From contig CAADGM010000233.1 of assembly GCA_900696535.1 (NCBI GenBank), positions 1 through 19,958 of the forward strand: a stretch of 19,958 nucleotides of DNA, read 5' to 3'. The stretch comes from an uncultured Planctomycetota bacterium. GTDB taxonomy: Bacteria; Planctomycetota; Phycisphaerae; UBA1845; Fen-1342. The notes beneath the pieces were generated by a model. The model had not been told where the DNA came from and searched no databases. It was given only the letters and a program-made list of their open reading frames with translations. Positions 6,927 to 14,114 of this stretch are shown one piece after another. Both the position numbers and the translations under genes were made by a program. Position 1 is the first letter of the stretch. Each line of letters opens with the position of its first letter.

Positions 6927-9284
6927 TCAGCGCTTGAGCAGCTCGATCGGGGCGAACTCCAGAATGAGCGTCTTCTCGCCGTAGCCGGCGAACTTCACGC
7001 CCGCCCGGGTGTTGCCCGGCGCCGGGCGAATCCACAGGAGCGTTCCGACGCCGTACATGCGATGCTTGACCAGCGAGCCCTCACGCCAGCCCGCGAACGG
7101 CGAGTCGGGCGGGGGGAGCGGCGCCGGTTCGGGACGCCGCTTGCGGCCAGTGCCGCGCGGGTCGGTCGGCACCCCGTTCTCGAAGATCCGCTCGGACTCG
7201 TCGACCTCCCGTCGCCAGCGCGAACCCCCGCCCAGGCGCGACCGCGCCTCGTCGGCCGACAGGTCGTCAACCAGCGGCACGATGTCCGGCCGGTTGGCAT
7301 ACAACGGCGAGATGACCTGCCGAATCCGCCGATCGACGTGCTCGATGGCCCCCGGCGCCTCAAACTCCGCCAGGAATCGCGACGGGGCCCGCGGTGTCAC
7401 CTGCCCTCGGATCACGCGCTCCCGGCAGTAGGACACGTACAGCCGCTCGCGGGCCCGCGTCAGGCCGACGAAGCACAGCCGCCGCTCTTCCTCGAGTTCG
7501 TCATCCCGCCCCACTTTCAAGGCCCGCTCGTGCGGCAGGAGCCCCTCCTCCAGGCCCACCAGGAATACGACGGGGAATTCGAGCCCCTTGGCCGCGTGCA
7601 GCGTCATAAGCATGACGCAGCCGGCCGTCGGGTCGACCGCGTCCTGGTCGCTCACCAGGCTGACGTGCGAGAGGAAGCCGGCCAGTGTCGGTGGCCGTTC
7701 GTCCTCGGGCAGTTCGCTCGCGTAGCGCGTCGCCGCGGTCACCAGCTCCTGCACGTTCTGAATGCGGCTCTCGCCCTGAACCTCGCCTTCCTCCGCGTAC
7801 ATCGCCTCCAGGCCCGTCTCGGTCAGCACGGTGCTCACGGCCTTGTCCGGCGAGGCGGAAGTGAGCGGAGTAAGCCGGTCGAGCAGCTCGACGAAGCCGC
7901 GCACCTTCCTGGCGGCAGTGCCGAGGGCGTCCAGCGCGCCCGGCGTGCGGAGCAGATCGAGCAGGGGCACGCCGCGCTCGGCCGCCAGCGTCGTCAGGCG
8001 GTCGAGCGTGGTCTTGCCGATGCCGCGGGCCGGCGTATTGATGATCCGCAGCAGGGCCACCTCGTCGGCGGGATTCACCAGCACGCGCAGGTAGGACAGT
8101 ACGTCGCGGACTTCCTTGCGGTTGTAAAACTCGACGCCCCGGGCGATCCGGTACGGAACTTCCGCGTGACGCAGCGCTTCTTCCAGTCCGCGCGAGACCG
8201 CGTTGATGCGGTAGAAGATCGCGAAGTCGCTGTACGGCCGGCCCGCGGCCCGCTGCGCGACGATCGCGCGGGCCAGCGCCTCGGCCTCCTGGCCCCCCTC
8301 GCTGAACTGCCAGACGGTGACCTTCTCCCCAGAACCGAGCTGCGACCAGAGCTCCTTGTGCTTGCGACGGCGGTTGTTCCGAATCAGCCGCGACGCGATC
8401 GCCAGGATGTGCCCGGTCGAGCGGTAGTTCTGCTCCAGGCGGATGGTGACGGCGTCGGGGTAGTCGCGCTCGAAGGACAGAATGTTGTGAATGTCGGCCC
8501 CGCGCCAGGCGTAGATGCTCTGGTCGGGGTCGCCGGTCACGCAGATGTTGCGGTGGTGCTGCGACAGGGCCCGCGCGATGCGGTACTGCGCGTGGTTCGT
8601 ATCCTGGTACTCGTCCACGAGCAGGTACCGGAAGCGGACGTTCAGTCGCTCGGTCAGATCCGGGTGCGCGTGCAGCGCCTGGGCCACCTTCATGAGCAGG
8701 TCGTCGAAATCGACCGCGTTCCGCTCCTCGAGCAGCCTCTGGTACGCGGCGTAAACGCGCGCGACCGCGGCCTGCTCGAAGCCCTCGTCCCTCGAGGCGT
8801 ACGCCTCCGGCGTCTGCAAGCGCGCCTTGGCGGCGCTGATCCGGGCGCGGGCCCAGTCCGCGCGGACCAGCGACGGGCTTGTTCCGCTGCGCTCGATTGC
8901 CTCCTGGACGAGCTTCCCGGCGTCGGTTTCGTCGTAGATCGAGAAGCCCGGCCGCACGCCGACCAGCGAGCCGAACTCGCGCAGCAGCCGCACGCACAGG
9001 GCGTGGAAGGTGTAGATCCACATGCCGCTGGCGGCCCCCAGAGCCTCGATCCGGCGGCGCATCTCGTCGGCCGCCTTGTTCGTGAAGGTGATCGCCAGGA
9101 TGTTGCGCGGCGGCACGCCCGACGCGACCAGGAACGCGGCCCGATTCGTGATGACGCGCGTCTTGCCGCTGCCCGGGCCGGCCAGGACCAGCAGCGGACC
9201 GTCCACGTGAGAGACGGCCTGTCGCTGCGGCTCGTTCAGGCCGTCAAGCAGTTCCTGCGCGGCTCGGGGAAGGGCGCCTGGCAT
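6927..9284 (-). CDS. uvrD: ATP-dependent DNA helicase, UvrD / PcrA / Rep superfamily 1
   Basis: 785 aa. Walker A motif [10 protein letters not shown], Q-motif region [16 protein letters not shown] (motif II) and the motif IV region [29 protein letters not shown] are present. The C-terminal tail ends with a UvrD-type Tudor-like segment ([13 protein letters not shown]...). Confidence 0.9.
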   Translation of the reverse strand: [785 protein letters not shown]

Positions 9285-9495
9285 AGCCGCACATGGTACC
9301 TGATTCCACGGCGCTCGCCGCGGCGGAGGCGCTGTTGGGTACCGAGCGTGACCAGCCCGCCGCCGTGTGCCCGGTTGGCGCGGGCCGAGATCCCGCCGAT
9401 AAGGCCGGTGGCAGGCCGGTGGGATGAGCGTGGGTGCGTGCCCACGCCTGACCGTGCCAGCCGCAATCTGTCACATACGCCAAGGAAGCTGAGCC

Positions 9496-9561
9496 ATGTT
9501 CTGGATGGCCCTGTTCGCCCTGTTCTTTTCGCTCTTCGCCGGCCTGGTCTCGTTCGCGTAG
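9496..9561 (+). CDS. Candidate 21-aa hydrophobic small protein, MFWMALFALFFSLFAGLVSFA, with no charged residues (single predicted TM helix)
   Basis: ATG at 9496 preceded by a strong SD, AAGGAAG (9482-9488), at a 7-nt spacing. Stop is TAG at 9559-9561. It is too short for the six-frame track. It lies in the 320-bp gap between uvrD (divergent) and the tolC-like gene (convergent). Confidence 0.3.
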   Translation: MFWMALFALFFSLFAGLVSFA

Positions 9562-9603
9562 CGCTCGGGTCGCGGCTCCCAGGCCCAGGAGCGTTGGCCC
9601 GCG

Positions 9604-11421
9604 TCACGTGTCCAGCGGCCGGCCATCCTCGTCGATGAGCAGCGTCTCGGTCGCCAGCCGGAACTGGAGGATCAGCCCCCAGCGGGCGGTCTTGGCCGAG
9701 TTGAGCGAGAGCTGCGCGTCGAGCAGCTCCTGTTCGGCCTCGACCTTGTCGCGGTTGCTGATCAGCCCCTCCTCGAACTGGAGGCTGGCGAACTCCGCCC
9801 GGCGCTCGGCCACCTTGAGCTGCTGCTCGGCGATGGCCAGGCGCTTGTCGGCGAGTTGCAGCAGGTTCACCACGCGCCGCACTTCCGTCCGGATTCGCTC
9901 GCCCTGGTCCTGCTCGTCGCGCTGCGCGGCCCGCACGTCGATCAGCGCCCGGCGCAGCCGGTTGCGTTCAGCCGTCCGCTCGAGCGGCAGGTCGAGCGTG
10001 ATCTGCGTGCGCCAGTTGGCGTTCTCGGTGTGGAAGTGCGTCAGGCTGTAGCGGTTCGGGTCCGTCGGGAACGTCACGTTCCCTTCCCAGTTCAGGTCGG
10101 GCAGGAGCGCGTTGCGGCTGATGTCCACGCCCCGCCGCGCGTCGTCGATGCGGTCGCGCAGCGTCAGCAGGTCGAGCCGCCGATCCAGCGCGACACCGAT
10201 GGCCAGGTCGAAGTCGCCCACGGCCTCCGGCACGGTCAAGAGCGGGTACGCCCCGGCGATGATGGCCCGCTCGATGGCGGCGATGTCCTCGATGTCCTCG
10301 CGGCGCAGCGGCTCTTCCACCGGCATGCCGATCAGCAGCTTGAACTGGTCGGCCTCTGAGCGGAAGTCTTCCGCCGCCTGGAGGAGGAAGTTCTCCGCGC
10401 TGAGCATGGCCTGCTCGGCGCGCTGTGTGTCAAGCAGGCTGCCTTTGCCGGCCTCCTGGAGCGCCTGGGCGCGCCGGAAGTCGTCGATGGCCCGCTCGTA
10501 GCGAGCCGCGTTGTTGGCGACGTTCTGTTTGCGCTCGAGAAGCCCGAAGTACGCCTGCGCCACGCGGACCAGTAGCTGCCGCCGGAAGCGCTCGAAGACC
10601 CGCACCGAATACGTCAGTTCGCGCTCCAGGCGGATGAGATCCTCGCGCGCGACGTGCCCGGCGCCGCGCAGGAGCGGGATGCGCACCCCAGCCTCGATGC
10701 GGCTGCTCTCCTCCGCCGTCAGCGACTTCTTCACGTCGCGGATGAGCGTGCTGATCGCGCGGCCGGTGACCTCACCGCCGTAGGGCAGCCGCTGCCGCAC
10801 GGACCAGTCCGACACGAAGCGCATGGCCTGGTCGAACTGCCGGGCCTCGCCGTAGTTGCCGTAGACGGTCTGGAACTGCGAGGCGAAGATCGGGGTCCAC
10901 AGGTGGCGCTCGAGGGTCAGGGCCAGCGCGGCCAGGTAGAGCTGTTCCTTGGCCGTCATGTACTCGCGCTGGTGCTGCTGCGCATAGGCCAGGGCGTCCA
11001 GCAGCGTGAACGGCTCGGTACGGGCGGTGGCGGGACCGGTTGTTGCGACCTCGGCCGGGCGCGTGAGGGCGTTCGCGTCGCGCTCGATGCCGGCCGAAGG
11101 CTGGGTGGCCGACGCGCGCGGCCGCCGAAAGGCGTCGGGGATCGATTGGTCGGTCGGGCGTGGCGAGCGCTCGTACGCCGCCCGTCCGGCGCCGCGCCAG
11201 CGCTCGGGTGTGCCGGCGTCGGCGGAAGACGTGATTTCGAGCGCCTGCCGCTGTCGCTCGCGGATCAGCGCGGCCACGTCCCGGTCGGCCTGGCGAACAA
11301 GCTGCTCGCACCCGGCGCCGCCGACCGCGGCGACGAACGCCCAGGCGGCGAAGACCGGCGCGGTCAGGCGACGTTGAGTCGGGGCGGCGCGCCGCGCAGA
11401 CGACGGGGTACAACCACGCAT
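9604..11421 (-). CDS. Outer-membrane efflux protein, TolC / OprM outer-membrane-factor family, with a lipoprotein-type signal peptide and a long low-complexity linker
   Basis: The ORF is open to 12021, but its first 200 codons are Arg/Gly-rich junk. The plausible start is ATG 11421 (MRGCTPSSARRAAPTQRRLTAPVFAAWAFVAAVGGAGC...), which has a signal-peptide-like h-region and an AGC lipobox-like cysteine. An SD AGGAAGG lies 6 nt upstream on the mRNA, inside a small hairpin. The TolC-family core includes LTLERHLW, the two repeated alpha/beta halves, and LDLLTLRDRID...RNALLPDLNWEGNVTFPTD. Confidence 0.7.
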   Translation of the reverse strand: MRGCTPSSARRAAPTQRRLTAPVFAAWAFVAAVGGAGCEQLVRQADRDVAALIRERQRQALEITSSADAGTPERWRGAGRAAYERSPRPTDQSIPDAFRRPRASATQPSAGIERDANALTRPAEVATTGPATARTEPFTLLDALAYAQQHQREYMTAKEQLYLAALALTLERHLWTPIFASQFQTVYGNYGEARQFDQAMRFVSDWSVRQRLPYGGEVTGRAISTLIRDVKKSLTAEESSRIEAGVRIPLLRGAGHVAREDLIRLERELTYSVRVFERFRRQLLVRVAQAYFGLLERKQNVANNAARYERAIDDFRRAQALQEAGKGSLLDTQRAEQAMLSAENFLLQAAEDFRSEADQFKLLIGMPVEEPLRREDIEDIAAIERAIIAGAYPLLTVPEAVGDFDLAIGVALDRRLDLLTLRDRIDDARRGVDISRNALLPDLNWEGNVTFPTDPNRYSLTHFHTENANWRTQITLDLPLERTAERNRLRRALIDVRAAQRDEQDQGERIRTEVRRVVNLLQLADKRLAIAEQQLKVAERRAEFASLQFEEGLISNRDKVEAEQELLDAQLSLNSAKTARWGLILQFRLATETLLIDEDGRPLDT

Positions 11422-11461
11422 TGCCGGCCTTCCTACCGGCTTGTCGGCGGCGCTGCAATGC
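11418..11461 (-). promoter_or_regulatory. Inverted repeat gcattgc...gcaatgc enclosing the SD (AGGAAGG) and the AUG of the tolC-like gene. A possible translation-modulating hairpin.
   Basis: Two 7-bp arms separated by 30 nt, read from the sequence. The inner ccggccttcctaccgg puts the SD in a small CCGG/CCGG stem-loop. Confidence 0.25.
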
Positions 11462-11665
11462 CGCACATGTCGATTCTTGCGCGGCGCGCGGGTCGGCCCG
11501 CACGCGCGCCGCCTGCCGCGCGTGCCGACTCGAGCGCGCTCCATCCGCGCCGGCCCGCCCGGTCGCCGGCCGTGCCGGGTACCGGTAGGATCAGCGCGGG
11601 TCGGCCCACGTCGCCGACCGGGGTGAGCCCGCCCGCGCGAGCCACGGGCCCGCAGGACTCGACCG

Positions 11666-13252
11666 ATGCGCCTGCCGCGGATCAGGCTGGCAATCAAGTA
11701 CCGCTTCCTGTTCGGGACGGCGGTCGTGCTGATCATCGGGGCGGCGCTGGCGGTGCCGTGGTTCACGATGGAGGTCCTGGTTCTCCAGCAGCCCTTTCGC
11801 GAGGCCCAGGCGATCGTCGAAAGCCACTTCCGGCACGTGATGTCCAATCCGGACGCCGGCCCGGGCGTACACGGGGACAAGTTCAGCCTGCTTCCCGAGC
11901 GCGTGCTCGACCAGGCGCGTTTCGTCAAACTGGCAGGCGGTGGCGAGGCCGCGACCACCCAGCCGGCGCTCGACGAGTTCGCGGCGCAAGCCGTCAGCGC
12001 CTTCCGCGACCGGCCAAGCAAAGAGTTCTTCTATCGCAAGGTCTGGGAGCCGGAGGGGCGGCGCTTCCGCTACGCGCACGCGGTGTGGGTCACGCGAAGC
12101 TGCCTGAATTGCCACGACGTCGGCCGCGGGGCCAGCCCGTACCGCGAGAACCAGCTCGCGGGCGTCATCACGGTGGACCTGCCGGCCGGCCAGAGCGACC
12201 AGTTCTCGCTCATCAACCGGGCCGTGCTGCTGTCGGCCGGCATGCTGGCCGGCATCCTGGCCATCCTCGTGTTCTACGTTATCACGACGCGTTTCATCCT
12301 CGCGCCGGTGCACGAGCTGCGCGGCGTGGCCCTGCGCGTGACCGACGGCGACCTGTCGGTGCGATCGGCCATCCGCACGGGTGACGAGTTCGAGCAGCTC
12401 GCCGTCAGCATCAACACGATGCTCGAGCGTCTGCGCATCTCGCAGGAGGAACTCCAGAAGGCCAACCGGCTGCTGGATGAGAAGCTGGGGCAGATGGCCG
12501 AGTCCAACGTGGCCCTCTACGAGGCCAATCGGCTAAAGAGCGAGTTCCTGGCCAACGTCTCGCACGAGCTGCGCACGCCGCTGACCAGCATCATCGGCTT
12601 CGCGGAGCTGCTGCGCGAGGGCTCCGAGCCCGCCGATCCGCGCACGCTGCGGTACGCGGAGAACATCCTCATTTCGGGCCGCATCCTCCTGGAGATCATC
12701 AACGACCTGCTGGACCTGGCCAAGATCGAAGCCAACAAGCTTGACCTGCGCATCGAGCCCGTGGACCTGGGCGAGGTGTGCAGCACGCTGGCGGACTTCA
12801 TGCGGCCCCTGGCCGACAAGAAGGCCCTGACTTTCTCCGTCGAGATCGAAAGCGACCTGCCAAAACTCCAGACCGACCGCGGCCGGCTGCGGCAGGTGCT
12901 GTTCAACCTGCTGTCGAACGCGATCAAGTTCACCCCGGAGCGCGGCCAGATCTGGCTGCGGGCGCTGCGCGCGGGTGAGAACGTGCTGCGCGTGGAGGTC
13001 CAGGACACCGGGCCCGGCGTGCCACCCGAGCATCAGCAGACGATTTTCGAGAAGTTTCGCCAGATCGACCAGTCCGTCACGCGCGAGCACGCGGGCACAG
13101 GGCTCGGCCTGGCGATCGCGAAGGACCTCACGCAGCTCATGGGCGGCGAGATCGGCGTGGTCAGCGAGGTCGGCCAGGGCGCCACGTTCTGGGTCGTCCT
13201 GCAAATCGGCGCCCCGGAGCGACGTGAGCGACCGATGATCTCTCTGGTATAA
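11666..13252 (+). CDS. Sensor histidine kinase (TM1, periplasmic domain with a CxxCH c-type heme motif, TM2, HAMP, HisKA, HATPase_c). The periplasmic domain is DUF3365 / Tll0287-like.
   Basis: 528 aa. TM1 is FLFGTAVVLIIGAALAVPWF. The periplasmic region of about 150 aa contains RSCLNCHD (C146-x-x-C149-H150, nt 12101-12115). TM2 is LLSAGMLAGILAILVFYVI. The HAMP region (LAPVHELRGVALRVTDGDLSV...) is followed by the H-box FLANVSHELRTPLTSIIGF, the N-box LLSNAIKFT, and G-boxes QDTGPGV and GTGLGLAI. Confidence 0.85.
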   Translation: MRLPRIRLAIKYRFLFGTAVVLIIGAALAVPWFTMEVLVLQQPFREAQAIVESHFRHVMSNPDAGPGVHGDKFSLLPERVLDQARFVKLAGGGEAATTQPALDEFAAQAVSAFRDRPSKEFFYRKVWEPEGRRFRYAHAVWVTRSCLNCHDVGRGASPYRENQLAGVITVDLPAGQSDQFSLINRAVLLSAGMLAGILAILVFYVITTRFILAPVHELRGVALRVTDGDLSVRSAIRTGDEFEQLAVSINTMLERLRISQEELQKANRLLDEKLGQMAESNVALYEANRLKSEFLANVSHELRTPLTSIIGFAELLREGSEPADPRTLRYAENILISGRILLEIINDLLDLAKIEANKLDLRIEPVDLGEVCSTLADFMRPLADKKALTFSVEIESDLPKLQTDRGRLRQVLFNLLSNAIKFTPERGQIWLRALRAGENVLRVEVQDTGPGVPPEHQQTIFEKFRQIDQSVTREHAGTGLGLAIAKDLTQLMGGEIGVVSEVGQGATFWVVLQIGAPERRERPMISLV

Positions 13253-13322
13253 CAGTCCGACGGGTTCGCAAAGCCGGTCGACGTGGGTCGCCCGCGCGGC
13301 GGACGGATGGCGCGGTCGCGGC

Positions 13323-14114
13323 ATGATCGAGATCGAAGGACTCACCAAGGTCTTCCCCAACCCGGATGGCACCGAGAAGGTGGCCGTCGACGGGGTCTCG
13401 TTTCGTGTCAGCGCCGGAGAAATCTACGGGCTTCTCGGGCCCAACGGCGCGGGCAAGACCACCACGCTGCGGATGATCAGCGGGCTCCTGCGGCCGACCG
13501 CGGGCCGCGTGCGGATCGAGGGTCGGGACGTCACCGACCATCCGGAGGAGGTCAAGCGGCACATCGGCTACCTGACCGCCAACACCGGGCTGTACAGCCG
13601 GCTGACGCCGCTGGAGGTGCTGGACTACTTCGCGACGCTTTATGACATCCCGCGCCCGCAGGCCCGCGCGCGGATCGAGCAGCTTGTGGCGTGGCTGGGG
13701 ATGGGGAGCTTCGCGCGGCTGCGGTGCGGGGCGCTCTCCACGGGGCAGAAGCAGCGGACGAGCATCGCGCGGGCGCTGATTGCCGACCCGCGCATCCTCG
13801 TGCTCGACGAGCCGACCCTCGGGCTGGACGTGCTCAGTAATCGCCTCATTCTGGAGTTCATCCGCACACAGTCCCTGGCGGGCAAGGCCGTGCTGCTCTC
13901 GACGCATGCGCTCGACGAGATCGACACGCTCTGCCGGCGCATGGGCCTGATCCACAACGGCCGCCTGATTGCCGAGGGCGAGCTCGACGCCCTCCGCGCC
14001 GAGACCGGCAAGGCCCGGCTCAGCGAGGTCTTCCTGGCCCTGGTCGACGCGCCCGAAGCGGTCTTTGTCGACCGTGGCGTCGGCCCGGCGCAGCGGAGTG
14101 CTGGCCCCTCATGA
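13323..14114 (+). CDS. ABC transporter ATP-binding protein (ABC-2 / NatA-like subfamily)
   Basis: 263 aa. Walker A GPNGAGKTT, Q-loop, ABC signature LSTGQKQR, Walker B ILVLDEPT and H-loop LSTHAL are present. The stop overlaps the next gene's ATG in an ATGA arrangement (14111-14114). Confidence 0.9.
   Translation: MIEIEGLTKVFPNPDGTEKVAVDGVSFRVSAGEIYGLLGPNGAGKTTTLRMISGLLRPTAGRVRIEGRDVTDHPEEVKRHIGYLTANTGLYSRLTPLEVLDYFATLYDIPRPQARARIEQLVAWLGMGSFARLRCGALSTGQKQRTSIARALIADPRILVLDEPTLGLDVLSNRLILEFIRTQSLAGKAVLLSTHALDEIDTLCRRMGLIHNGRLIAEGELDALRAETGKARLSEVFLALVDAPEAVFVDRGVGPAQRSAGPS

Noticed and set aside
6927-9284. UvrD-like helicase as a component of a defence system (for example with a nuclease partner).
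   Set aside because: It is full length with all SF1 motifs and a canonical C-terminal tail. It is flanked by housekeeping or regulatory genes, with no nuclease, methylase or other defence-type partner adjacent. It looks like the housekeeping uvrD/pcrA.
6897-9638. 913-aa plus-strand ORF antisense to uvrD, and similar long ORFs: 86-1495 plus, 2709-3974 minus, 3160-3903 minus, 4060-4908 minus, 5573-6790 plus, 7501-9021 minus, 10654-12384 plus, 15142-16911 plus, 15584-16708 minus.
   Set aside because: All are Arg/Ala/Gly/Pro-rich, low-complexity translations lying antisense or out of frame to genes with clear family signatures. Open frames like these are expected by chance at about 70% GC. None carries recognisable motifs.
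9604-12021. Full 805-aa extent of the TolC-like ORF, and the 434-aa and 195-aa extents of the phosphatase and GNAT ORFs.
   Set aside because: The upstream portions are Arg-rich junk without family similarity. Internal ATGs with a signal peptide or conserved N-termini (11421, 6778, 16809) are far more plausible starts.
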